Source: Octopus vulgaris (taxonomy: Eukaryota). Taken from it: 64,000 bases of DNA. The stretch covers positions 34,224,001 to 34,288,000 of the forward strand of contig OX597817.1 of NCBI GenBank assembly GCA_951406725.2, given 5' to 3'. Position numbers and translations under genes: made by a program. The notes beneath the pieces were generated by a model. It did no database searches. It worked only from the letters and a program-made list of their open reading frames with translations, and was not told the origin of the DNA. Positions 25,826-38,087 of this stretch are shown piece after piece (the first letter of the stretch is position 1; each line of letters opens with the position of its first letter).

Positions 25826-26030
25826 TCGGAGATGTACTTGCATAGCAAGTGACCTGATCTGAGATTGTGTGCTGGAACGAAAACAATTGCAACATGGAAG
25901 GTGTTTATAAGCCATTTAAGAAACACATAAAATCCGTTAGATTCACTTCAACATTTAAATTTAATTTGTCAAAATATTTTCGTCACTTTGAGACCGCGAC
26001 CTGTTCACTGACAAAATTCCGTGCTGCATC
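25826..26030 (-). mobile_element. Second copy of the Penelope-like repeat
   Basis: Near-identical to 15778-15968. Confidence 0.75.
25965..26015 (-). ncRNA. Intact minimal hammerhead-like motif with G3:C8 core
   Basis: TTTGTCA-GTGAACA-G-GTCGC(9 nt)GTGAC-GAAA-ATAT-TT-TGACAAA: 7-bp stem I, 5-bp stem II, palindromic loop III. Confidence 0.7.
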
Positions 26031-26059
26031 ATCGTTATTTTTTTTTGTTTGCTTGGTAT

Positions 26060-26460
26060 CTTTTATCTTTTACTTTTTTCAATCATTGGACCATGGTCAT
26101 GCTGGGATGCTCCTTGAAGGGATTAATCAAACAAATCAATCCTCATACTCATTTTAAGTCTGGTACTTATTCTATCAATGTCTTTTGCCAAACCACTAAG
26201 TCACTGAAGTATAAACAAACCAACAGCTGTCAAATGGTGGGTGAGGGCAACATACACAGATACAAAGACTTATTCACATTGATGTGTGTGTGTGTGTTTG
26301 TGTGTGCCTCTACACAGTTTCCATCTACCATATTCACTCACAAGGCATTGGTCAGACTGGAGCACTATGGTAGAAGACAGTTACCCTAGGTGCTATACAG
26401 TGGGACTGAATCCCAAACTATGTAGTCGGAAGGCGAGTTTCTTAACCACACAGCCTATAT
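26060..26460 (-). mobile_element. SINE family B, diverged
   Basis: cactcacaaggcattggtc..gtgggactgaa. Confidence 0.75.
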
Positions 26461-27169
26461 GGAGAGTGTTTCTCCTTAGATCTTTGTGAAGTTTAAACTT
26501 CTCTAGCAGCTCTGGAATCATGTGGTATGCCTTCAAGAAGTGAGTATTTCTTGAAGACTTCACATTCAACTTGTCTTCTTCACTTTTGAGTACTTGGTTT
26601 TACTGTTGTTGGTTTGCAGATGTGTTATATCAATGACTCCATATGACATTCAAAGAATGTCTTTATTGATCTGAAGCCTCTCTTCTTGTCTTTTTTTTTG
26701 TCGTTTTTTCTTTTTTCTTTTAATTTTTTTTTTTTTTTGAGACAAAGCCTATTATTATTATTATTCAATTATTCATTCCCTCACAAATTTCAAATTGATG
26801 ACTCAATCTTGCAGGATCTAATATCTATGGAGTGAATTTCCTCTATAAACCAGTTAAATATTCCAAATGCTCATACCGATACTGGTATTACAAATTGCAT
26901 TGTGAGATATTGTTTTGTTATAAGACAAAAGCTCCAATAGATATATATACATTTTTTAAAGTCTGCTAAAATAAGTTTTCAGTGATAGTTATGGTTCCAC
27001 TGTTTCATACATTTTAATCTACACATAAGTATATGTTATGTTCACTGGGCAGAATGTGAGAGGTAGAGAGACAATTGTTATTAAGGTTCATAAAGTTGTC
27101 TGTGTTCAACTATCAAATAAGTATGAACAAATTTCATCATTGTATCAACAAAATATTAAAAAAATAATA

Positions 27170-27421
27170 AATGCGCCCTTTTTAAAACCTATCCAGGCTC
27201 GTGGGCCCGGTTTCCCGGTTTCTATGGCATATATGTTCTCCGGCTGGATGGGACACCAGTCCATCACAGCGTTACTCATTTTTGCCAGCTGAGTGGACTG
27301 GAGCAACGTGAAATTAAGTGTTTTGCTCAAGAACACAATGCGTCGCCTGGTCCAGGAATCGAAACCACAATCTTACAATCATGATGCTGACATCCTAACC
27401 ACTAAGCCACGTGCCTCCACA
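27170..27421 (-). mobile_element. SINE family E
   Basis: Close to the reverse complement of 52699-52950. Confidence 0.9.
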
Positions 27422-27536
27422 TCAACTAAATATGTTGCCACTATATTTATTTCTCTTTGTACAGCACAGGAGATCTATTATAAAAGAAAATTGTATAACT
27501 TTAATGTCACTTTCTGTTGTAGAGCTTAACACATAC

Positions 27537-27749
27537 CCATTAGACTTTTACAGAAGAAATTATAGTGGACCTAGTACCAAAAATAAGCTGAGCATCAGAG
27601 ATTATCATTCAGTTTTTAGTCACAATTAGAAGGGTTGTTGACCAGGTCTTTGCGAGCTTTTCAATGGCAGTGACTGGGGCAACAGAAGCAGTTTTGCAAA
27701 GTGCTGTGACTGAAGCAACATTGAGTGAGGAATAAAATTGGATATCTTT
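27537..27749 (-). other. Tentative 5'-UTR exon ending in ATG G
   Basis: ttgattacag| acceptor and ATGG|gtatgt donor; phase 1 fits the exon starting at 22840. Confidence 0.25.
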
Positions 27750-27980
27750 CTGTAATCAAGACATATTGTCACTTAGGATTCATTTTCCTTTTTTTAATTT
27801 TTTTGTCATCATAACTTTATTTTTTTCTTATCAAAAAAAATTGATTGGCACATACTAACACCTCGTTTCCACCTGCTTGTTTAACCATTCCACTTCTACC
27901 TTGTTGGACTTTAGCAGAATTAGTTGAGACAGCTTGTGTAAAGTGTATACATAATGTATGTATGTATGTATGTATGTATG

Positions 27981-28115
<135 letters not shown>

Positions 28116-28777
28116 CTTATTCTGTTGTCTGTTAAAAGGTTACACATTCTATTATAGCCAGAAGTCTTTCCTGCATTTTACTACGTGTTTAAATAGTCTT
28201 AATAATAATTCATGTAGTCTTAAAAGAAGACTGAATGAAGAAATGGATAAAGTAAAAAAGCATTTCAGTATTTCAGAAAAGATTACATTTCACCTTTTTG
28301 GCAAGACATGATACACTTTGGCTAGTTCTTTAATGCAAAGCAAGCAGCTTCATTATAAGAAATGTGCAAAAGAAAAAAATTTGTTCTGACTGCTATTTAA
28401 AACTAAAATAATTTTGTTTAAACAGACATCTCTGTAAGTTATAATATACCTCTCCTCTCTCTCTCCTTCTCTCCTTCTCATTGTCTCTCCTCTCCTTTTC
28501 TCTCCCCTCTTTGTCTCTCCTATCCTTTTCTCTCCTCTCCTCTCCTTTTCTCTCTCTCTCTCCTCTCCCTCTCACTATCTCTTTCTTTCATGTATATGCA
28601 TAAATATGTTTATGAGATTGAATGTTATGTAAATGTATATATGTATGCATGGTATATATTGTTTAATGTCCGTTTTCCAAGCCGATGGGGGTTGGATAGA
28701 TTGACAGGAGCTGGCAAGGTGAGAAACTGAAGCAGGGTCCATAGCCTGTTTTGGCATGTTTTCTACAGCTTGATGCC

Positions 28778-28836
<59 letters not shown>

Positions 28837-29154
28837 CACCGCCGGTTACGACGACGAGGGTCCCAGCTGATACGATCAACGGAACAGCTTGCTTGTGAAA
28901 TTAACGTGCAAATGGCTGAGCATTCCACAGACACGTGTACCCTTAACGTAGTTCTCGGGGATAATCAGCGTGACACAGAGAGTGACAAGGCTGACCCTTT
29001 GAAATACAAGTACAACTCATTTTTGCCAGCTGAGTGGACTGGAGCAACGTGAAATAAAGTGTCTTGCTCAAGGACACAACGCGTCGCCGGGAATCGAACT
29101 CACAACCTTACGATCATGAGCCGAATGCCCTAACCACTAAGCCATGTGCCCTCA
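28837..29154 (-). mobile_element. SINE family E, young CpG-rich copy
   Basis: gggaatcgaactc B-box and shared core; sits within (TA)n. Confidence 0.9.
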
Positions 29155-29401
29155 CATATATATATATATATAACATTTATATGTATACATATACATACAT
29201 ACATACATATATATATATATAAAATAAAATACAAAATGGGACAAGAATGCAAAAGTAGGTGATACAAAAAGGGACAACAAAACATCCAGATAGACGATAC
29301 AAAAAAATAAGGACGGGTCATTCAAAGCCTTTTATCTTCAGTCAAGAACCAGATCATCCTCGCAGTTTCAGCTGATTAATCTTGAGATTGCTCCAATCTG
29401 G

Positions 29402-29471
<70 letters not shown>

Positions 29472-29730
29472 TATATATATATATATATACACACACATAT
29501 ATATATATTGTTGTTGTTCTTGTTGTTATCATTTAAAACAGTTTGATTCAGCCCCATGCAACTTTCATAGGCTCGTTACTGCAACCTAGCTCATCAGGCA
29601 CAAGCAGCTGAATTGCATGAGTCTAACAAGCTAAGGTTCCTGTAACAAGCCTAAGAAACTTTATGGCCTGAATCAAACTGTTCTGAATAATAATATATGT
29701 AATTCTACTTAATGTGTTGAGTGCCTCTTT

Positions 29731-29773
<43 letters not shown>

Positions 29774-29780
29774 TTATATA

Positions 29781-29972
29781 TATATATTAGAAAAAATAAG
29801 GTACTCAGAGATCTGGATGGTTGTACATTTACAGATTTTTATTAATATGTCACATGTTTTTATAAATCATATATTAGCACTTGCATCAAGAGTACTAGAG
29901 TAGATGCAAGCGCTAATATATGATTTATAAAAACATCCCGATTTCTGAGTACCTTATTTTTTCTAATATATA
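29781..29972. repeat. Nested inverted repeat in (TA)n
   Basis: Arms 29781-29809 / 29944-29972 and 29854-29887 / 29903-29936. Confidence 0.9.
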
Positions 29973-29993
29973 CCTGTACATCACCTCCAAACC

Positions 29994-30027
<34 letters not shown>

Positions 30028-30029
<2 letters not shown>

Positions 30030-30363
30030 CGCTTAGACACCCTTTGGTCATGACTGACCATGGGATTGCACCTAGAAAGTTACCCTCCCAGGCACAAGTC
30101 CGGTCAAGGTTGTTTATGGAAGACCAGCAGTCACCCATGCATATCGGCCTCCCCTCTCCACGCCACCAGTGTTATCCAAGGGAAAGGCAAAGGCTGATAC
30201 AGCATGTCACTTGTGATGTTGCAACTCATTTCTACAGCTGAGTTAAGTGGAGCAACGTGAAATAAAATGTCTTGCTCAAGAACACAACACGCAGCCCAGT
30301 CCGGGATTCAAACTCACAACTTCACAATCGTAAGCACGACACTAACCACTGAGCCATGCGCCT

Positions 30364-30367
<4 letters not shown>
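30028..30367 (-). mobile_element. SINE family E, same tail as 7005-7341
   Basis: Direct similarity to 7005-7341. Confidence 0.9.
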
Positions 30368-30426
<59 letters not shown>

Positions 30427-31319
30427 TAGTAATGTAATTACATGTGGCCCATTGGTGATTTCTTCTCCTCCTCCTCCTCCTTCTTTGGACTTTACTCTTT
30501 CTCCTTCCCAATGAAGAGCTATGCACAAAACATTAAACTCTCTCCTTTTACCGAGCTACAAGTTAATATGCTTCTTGTGCCTATCTTCATGTTTGTTGTT
30601 TTTCTTCTTTTTTTTTTCATCATCATTTTCATCATCTGTTTTCCATGCTGGCATGGGTTGGACAGTTTGACTGGAAGTGGTAAACCAGAGAGCTGTACCT
30701 GACTCCAGTCTGTTTTGGCTTGGTTTCTACAGCTGGATGCCCTTCCTAACATCAACCATGCAGCACTGTATCGGATGCCTTTAACGTTAAGTGGTGGTGG
30801 TGGTGGAGGGGGGGACAAACACAGACACAAAGATACACATGTGTGTATATTTGATGGGCTTCTTTTAGTTTCCATCTTCCAAGTTCACTCACAAGGCCTT
30901 GGTTGGCCCAAGTCTATAATAGAAGACACTTGCCCAAGGTACTATGCAGTGGGACTGAACCCAGAACCATGTATATATCATCATCATTTTGTGTCTACTT
31001 TCCATGGGTTGGACCATTTGCTAGGAGCCAACAGATGAGAGGACCATATCTTACTCTGTGGTGTGTGTGTGTGCGTGAGAGGGGGAGGAGAGAGAGAAGG
31101 GAGAGAGAATGGAGGGGGGGGATGAAATAGAAAGACTAAAATGGATGACTGAGGTGGTGGATAAAAGAAGAGCTGGAGAATATAACAAAAGTGATTAAAA
31201 AGGTGAAGGCTGTAAAGAAAAGTATCTATTTATTCAGGTATAATAACGAGTAGAGCTAATATCTTTGTGAAATGAAAAGCAGAGGAATTCAAAACAGAAT
31301 TGCAATGTAGGAAGCCAAA

Positions 31320-31575
31320 ATCCACCTCATCACCACAACAGTCATTATCATTACCATAATTGTCATTATTATCATCAAGCACCACTACCACCACCACCAC
31401 CACCACCACCACCACCAACACCATTACCACCACCACTACCACCACCATTGCCCCCACTACAATTGCTACCAAGACCAAACCCCACCACTGCCGCCACCAC
31501 CACCACCACCAACAACAACACTTCCACCACCCCCACTGCCACCACCACCATCACAACAGCAACAACAACAATGAT
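31320..31575. repeat. Low-complexity (ACC)n/(AAC)n tract
   Basis: Direct inspection. Confidence 0.9.
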
Positions 31576-31649
31576 GGCAAAACGAGGAACAAATGTTCCA
31601 CAACTATTATCTAATGCATTTCGTACTCATCCAAGCATTCCATGTTCTT

Positions 31650-31970
31650 TAATTCATGTCAGGTCAGCTCATGCCAGAGCCCACTCTGATGTAATATTTA
31701 AAGTTTTTCTTTGTAGTCAGTCTTCTCAGAGAGCCTATTGTATTTTTGACCCCTCCCCTTCAGTGATGAGTTTATGGTTATTCTCTTCCTGCATACCAAA
31801 CGAGATCACTTTGCCTTTGAGGACCCCTGCCACAAATGAGTAATTTAAATCTTTGTTTCAGTAACCTTTGGCTTTTCAGACTGTAGTGTACTTCTCATAA
31901 TTTCAAGCTTCTTCTGCAGTTTTGCAGATTCTAAAATGAGAACCATGTCATCATCACGCAAATATGTCTG
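31650..31970 (-). mobile_element. Decayed RTE reverse transcriptase fragment
   Basis: YLRDDDMVLILESAKLQKKLEI is a decayed YADDLVLIAES motif. Confidence 0.55.
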
Positions 31971-32282
31971 ATAAGCATCCAAACCTGATTTCCTGTGCAA
32001 TTTCCAGAAAGGGTCACACTGAGATATCAGTTGGACATTGACGTATCAGTAAATGTATAATATACTGGGAATGATACAACATATAATTACAAGCAGTGGG
32101 TAGCTCTTGATATCTCTGCGATGGAAGAGATATCAACAAGAACATGCTTATTATTTGTTTTAAGTCTTACAATGTTGTTAAAAAAACAGAAACAAAATAT
32201 CAGTTTACCTTAATACAAATTAAAAAAATAATCACTATATGTGTGTTTGTGTGTGTATATATATATATATATAATATAGTTA

Positions 32283-32445
32283 ATCCAAACATGAAAACAC
32301 AAAGAGAAAACAACGCGAGGACGTGGAACAAGTATAGTATTATTGGATGCTCATGGAAAGAAGGAGGGTTTAACGTTTCAAGCGAAGCTCTTCGTCAGAA
32401 ACATAGGAAAAGGAAAGATCCAAAGAAGGGAAGACGGAGGAAAAA
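32283..32445 (-). mobile_element. (TA)n-inserted short element with minimal hammerhead at 32368-32402
   Basis: GTTT-CTGACGA-A-GAGC-TTC-GCTT-GAAA-CG-TT-AAAC; homologous to 58275-58481. Confidence 0.7.
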
Positions 32446-32747
32446 TATATATATCTATATATATTTATGTGTCTCTGTCTCTGTGTGTGTGTATATATAT
32501 ATATATATGTGTATGTATGTTTGTATGTATGTATGTATTTATGTGTGTTAAGGGAATTTGAATAAAATCATATCAAGCATGAATAACTTGAGAAATTTTA
32601 TGTGAATTTGCCTGAATATTTTGGTGTACAGCCCAATTTAACATGTAACAAGTTGGATGTGACTATGTAAGGAAGGTAAGCATAGGAAGTCATCAGAGAA
32701 TAGGCACACACAAGGAAGTTTGTTAACTGTGCATTATATGGCATCTC

Positions 32748-33220
32748 TAAGACAGCGAGCTGACAGAAACGTTAGCATGCCGGGCGAAATGCTTAGCAAT
32801 ATTCCACCTATCTAAAAGGCGGCGAGCTGGCAGAATCTTTAGCACGCCGGGCAAAATGCGTAGCCATATTTCGTCTGCCATTACGTTCTGAGTTCAAATT
32901 CCGCCGAGGTTGACTTTGCCTTTCATCCTTTCAGGGTCGATAAATTAAGTACCAGTTACGCACTGGGGTCGATGTAATCAACTTAATCCGTGTGTCTGTC
33001 CTTGTTTGTCCCCTCTGTGTTTAGCCCCTTTTGGGTAGTAAAGAAATAAAAATAGGTATTCTGCCTATTTTTGTGTTCTGAGCTCAAATTCTACCAAGGT
33101 CGACTTTGTCTTTCATCCTTTCAGGGTCAATAAATTAAGTACCAGTTGCATACTGGAGTCAATCTAATCAACTGGCCCCCTCCCCAAAAATTTCGGGCCT
33201 TGTGCCTAGAGTAGAAAAGA
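32748..33220 (+). mobile_element. SINE family A nested in another family A copy
   Basis: Older head 32748-32813, young full copy to about 33055, then the older copy resumes. Confidence 0.85.
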
Positions 33221-33224
33221 TTAT

Positions 33225-33420
33225 ATGGCATCTCTACTTGCAGCTGAGTATGAAAAAGAATGTGTGTCCAGAGGTTTACCAAAACAATACTGTAACAACT
33301 AACGCACAAGGTACTCATCAATGCCACATCTTTACAAAAGAGTGCAAGTCCCAAACAGGATTGAAAATTCACTTTTGTGCTGTTAAATTGCAGAGAAGAA
33401 TCAAGCAAAGGCATTACTTG
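33225..33420 (+). mobile_element. RTE ORF2 C-terminal zinc-finger relic
   Basis: HQCHIFTKECKSQTGLKIH resembles CxxCx(R/K)xCxSxxGLxxH. Confidence 0.5.
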
Positions 33421-33777
33421 AGATCAAGTTGTAATTGTCATGTGTGTTGAACATGTTGAACATGTAGCTGTATTTTAGTTTATAATTAAAGATTGCTGGC
33501 ACTATCTTCTGAATAAAATGATATTGGCCCATTGCTGCTGTGTTTTGTAGTTGGCATCAAAAGATCATGGGAATCATGTTGTAACTGATAAAATCATGAT
33601 TACTAAATTCAGCACTGTTTGGTTATCTTAAGAGAGATAGCCAGCAGACTCGTTTCAATCCTATGAATCCAGCTTGAGATCCAATCTTTTGCTATCTAAG
33701 AAAATGTTGTATATAAAGATGAGGTACTTACATCTATGTTAGCTAATTTTTTATTTATGTTGTATAGCACAATATAA

Positions 33778-34150
33778 CATCATCATCATTGTTTAACGTC
33801 TGTTTTCCATGCTAGCATGGGTTGGATGGTTCGACCAGGGTCTGGGAAGCCAGGAGGCTGCACCAGGCTCCAGTCTGATCTGGCAGTGTTTCTACAGCTA
33901 GATGCCCTTCCTACCACCAACCACTCCGTGAGTGTAGTGGGTGCTTTTTATGTGCCACCGGCACAGGGGCCAGAGGAGGCTGGCAAATGACCACAATTGG
34001 TTGGTGCTTTTTACGTGTTCCTGACACAGACGCCAGTCAGGCGGCACTGGCATCAGCTACATTCGGATGGTGCTTTTTATGTGCCACCGGCATGGGTATC
34101 ATAACTACAATTTCCATTTGATTTTTATTTTGATATTGATGTTGACGTAC
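33778..34150 (-). mobile_element. RTE 3'-UTR tail (family C)
   Basis: (CAT)n tail, Meta-like domain and subrepeats. Confidence 0.85.
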
Positions 34151-35565
34151 TTTATTCTATCAGTCCTTTGCTGAACTGCCAAGTTAGAGGGATGTAAACA
34201 AACCAACACCAGTTGTCTCATGGTGGTGGTGGTTGTGGTGAGACAAACATACATACACATATGGTAGGTTTCCACATAGTTTTCCATCTGCCAAATTCAC
34301 TCACGAGGCATTGGTTAGCCCAAGATTACGGTGAAAGTGACTTGCCCTAGGTGCCAAGCAGTGAGATTGAAACAGATACCATGCAGTTGCAATACAAGCT
34401 TCTCAACCACACAACCATGCTAGTGCCTCTCTTTCTGTGTGTGTGTGTGAAATTGAAAGTTAGTACATTTTTCTTTTACATTGCATTTCTTCTTATACAT
34501 TGTTGTTCTTTTGTGTCAAAAACAGTAATTATCGTATATATTGATTTATTTTCTTCTGTACACCTTTTTTTATACCTGTTAATGATACTTCATAAAAAGA
34601 AATTCCGATTACTTAATGTACTACGAGTGAGTAGATTCTCATGTATGTTTGCGTAGGCGTAGCTTTGTGGTGAAGAATCTCACTTTGCAACCATGTGGTT
34701 TCACTTTCAGTTTCACTGCGTGGCACCTTGGGCAAGTGTCTTCTCTTATAGCCTTGGAGCGAACAATGCTTTGTATTTGAATATGGTTGACGGAAACTGT
34801 GTGGAAGCCCATTGTGTGTGTGTGTCTTTGCATTTGTGTTTATCCCCTCCACAAATACAAATGCAACCAGTGTTGGTTTGTTTACGTCACCATAACTTAG
34901 CAGTTTGAGAAAAGAAACTGATAGAGTAAGTAAAATATGTACTGGAGTCAGTTTGTTTGACTAAAATGCTCAAGGCAGTGCTCCAGCCTGGCTGGAGTGA
35001 TATGATTGAAACCAGTAACAGATGAAAGACAAATAACCCCAGGCATGGCAGTGTGGTCAGAAGCTTGCTTACCAACTATATGATTCTGGGTTCAGTCCCA
35101 CTGCATGCTACTTGAGTAAGTCTTTTATACTATAACCCTGGGCTGACCAAAGCCTTGTGAGTTGATTTGGCAGAGAGAAAGAAACTCATCCGAAAGAAGC
35201 CCATCATATACATATATTCTTTTATTCGTTTACTTGTTTCAGTCATTTGGCTGTGGCCATGCTGGAGCACCACCTTTAGTCGAGCAAATCGGCCCCAGAG
35301 CTTATTCTTTGTAAGCCTAGTACTTATTTTATAGGTCTCCCTTACAGAACCGCTAAGCTACGGGGACATAAACACACCAGCATTGGTTATCAAGCGATGT
35401 TGCGGGGACAAACACACACACACATATATATATACATATACGACAGGCTTCTTTCAGTTTCCGTCTACCAAATCCACTCCTTGCACTGGGACTGAACCCA
35501 TGACCATGTGGTTGGTAAGCAAGCTACATACTACACAGCCACTCCTGCACCTAAATATATATACG

Positions 35566-35596
<31 letters not shown>

Positions 35597-35745
35597 GTAT
35601 ACATATCTATATGTGTGTATGTTTTTGTATTTGACCCCCATCACCGCTTGACTACCAGTGTTGATTTGTTTACATCCGTGATAATTTAGCAGTTAAGCGG
35701 TTGAGACCGATAGAATATGTACCAGGCTTAGGAAATTGAAAAAAA
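34150..35745. mobile_element. Cluster of about five family B SINE pieces in both orientations
   Basis: 34150-34420(-), 34651-35030(+), 35040-35207(+), 35215-35551(-), 35600-35745(+). Confidence 0.8.
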
Positions 35746-35749
35746 ATAG

Positions 35750-36916
35750 TGCAACGGGTGTGAAAAATGGTGTAGGAAACAAATATGAAAACAAAAATAC
35801 CAGGAAAGTAATGGGGAGTGGAGAGAGGCCTTTGGAAAATTCACAAGATCCAATGCTTTTCCCTCATAATTTATAGGAAGATGGGTTTTTTTTTAATGAA
35901 ATTTTATATAAATACCTTTCAAATGGCATAGATTATGATTACAAAGAAATTTGTGAGGAAAATCTTTTCTGAGGGGGTGAGGAGAGGACTTGGGAAAATT
36001 CACAAGATTAACAAGATCTGAGTTTTTCCCTCATAACTTTGAGGAAAATATAATCCTTTTGAAATCACAAATTAGGCTTTTTCTCAGGAACTTGGATGCT
36101 AAACATCCCTTTGAAGGATTCGGGTCCTTTTACTATACACACACACACACACGTTATATGTATAGTAGAAGTAAGGACCAGAACCCTTCAGAAGTATGTT
36201 TAGAATCTAAATTCCTGAAGAAAAGCCTAATTTGTGATTTCAAAAGGATTATATTTTTCTCAAAGTTTCGAGGGAAAAACTTGGATCTTGTGAATTTTCC
36301 GAAGTCAAAAGGATTATATTTTCCTCAAAGTTTTGAGGGAAAAACTTGGATCTTGTGAATTTTCCGAAGTCCTCTACCCCCTCCCCATTTCTTTCTGCGC
36401 ATTTTAGTTTTCGGATTCGTTTCCTACGTGGGTGTGAAGTAGAAAGATATCCATTTTCCTCGAAGTTACGAAGGGAAAACATCGGATCTTGTGAATTTTC
36501 CGAAGTCCTCTCCTCACCCCCTCGGAAAAAATTTCCCCCACAAATTTCTTTATAATCGTAATCTATACCGTTTGAAAAGTATTTGTATAAAATTTCATTA
36601 AAAAAAAAACAACATTTTCCTAAAAGTTATGAGGGAAGAACATCGGATCTCGTGAATTTTCCGAAGTCTTCTCCACACCCCCTCGGAAAAAAATGTCCCC
36701 ACAAATTTCTTTATAATCGTAGTCTATACCGTTTGAAAGGTATTTTTATAAAATTTCATTAAAAAAAAAAACCCCATTTTCCTAAAAGTTATGAAGGAAG
36801 AACATCGGATCTCGTGAATTTTCCGACGGCTTCTCCACACCCCCGTTGCTTTCCCAGAATTTTTGTTTTCATATTTGCCTCCTGCACCTTTTTCTTTTTC
36901 TTTACACCCGTTGCCC
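35750..36916. repeat. Large modular foldback centred near 36150
   Basis: 35750-36135 is the reverse complement of the right arm; ggatcttgtgaattttccgaagtc occurs 5 times on the right, with ~161-bp units. Confidence 0.9.
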
Positions 36917-36960
36917 TTTTTTTTTTTTTTTTTTACAATAAATGATGTAAGAAAAAATAC

Positions 36961-37252
36961 CTGTGAAGTCGTCACAGTCTGTGATATTACGGGACTCTTA
37001 AATATGATCCGTAATGCTATTCAATGCCCCCACTTCCCCATGACGGTCAGATGCGCGATTAGTTTCCAGCCTGTGCAGGCCTTTTAGTGACATGTAATAT
37101 TGATATCGTTGAATGTTTGCTCTGAATATCGCAGTCGACAACTGGATTGTCGACCACTACTGGAAAATAATAATATCTATACAAGTGGGAAGTGAATTAG
37201 CGGAGAGTTACATTATAGGAAGGAAGGATTAGGCTTAATGATTTAATACTAG
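36961..37252. promoter_or_regulatory. Possible bidirectional promoter / first exons
   Basis: Unique CpG-retaining DNA bounded by outward-facing donors CAG|gtattt (minus, 36960) and TAG|gtgaga (plus, 37253). Confidence 0.35.
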
Positions 37253-38087
37253 GTGAGAGTAAGGTGTGTATGGGGATGAAAGCAGTTGGTAGTTGTTGAT
37301 TAAAGGGAAAAGATGCGTGTCGTTCTGCCCTGGGTGTTTGCGTTACGCAACTCACCCCCTACACACACGATCAAACACACTCACAGATATATACACACAC
37401 GAACGTATATACACATACACACACTTCAGTATTATGTAACTAGCTACCTTACCTACTTGTATGTATACGTGTTAGACGACTAGCTACATACATACACACA
37501 CGTGCGCGTAATGTATGCGTTATGTAAGTAGCTACTTACATGGTTATACACACGCAAACACAGAGGCATACACAAACACATACAAATACAAACACGACAA
37601 AATCTATCATGGCAACTAATTTATTTATTTTCCTTAAATAATTTATCATATTCGTGCGAGTGTTTATAAATAAAATTCTGTTAGAATACTTAAATATACG
37701 TGAATATCATAAAAGAATAGAAGCTTTTTTTTTTTTGTATTTATTGGTCAAATTATATTTCTTAAATCACGCTAGACGGAGAGTGTAATGTCAAGATAAC
37801 AACAGGCGTTAAATATAGATTACAGTGTGCTATTCTTAGAACATGGATAGTCTTTGGTGAGCTGATTGGCTAATATAAATAGACATCTTAAAATAGAACT
37901 GTGGAACATAAATGGAAGGTTGATTCATTTTTAAACATACATACATACCTTCATGTATACATATATGTGTGTGTGTGTATATATTAATATGCTTTGTGTT
38001 ATGTATCCGTGTGCGTATGTGTGTAATGGGTGTACACTTATCGTTGTATACGACACACACGTTATTTATTTATTTTTTTATTTAGTC

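Noticed and set aside
27600-27749. In-frame TGA as selenocysteine or readthrough
   Set aside because: No SECIS or homology support; a UTR is the simpler reading.
28150-28311. Plus-strand coding-looking stretch KRRLNEEMDKVKKHF
   Set aside because: It has no partner exons or homology and may be chance.
29230-29403. Hammerhead in another (TA)n-inserted element
   Set aside because: GAAA and CTGAAGA occur on the minus strand in the wrong order and without closing stems; the element is truncated.
36283-36830. 24-bp motif repeated five times like an array
   Set aside because: Spacing is irregular (65-162 bp) and the intervening sequences are homologous to each other, so it is part of the foldback.
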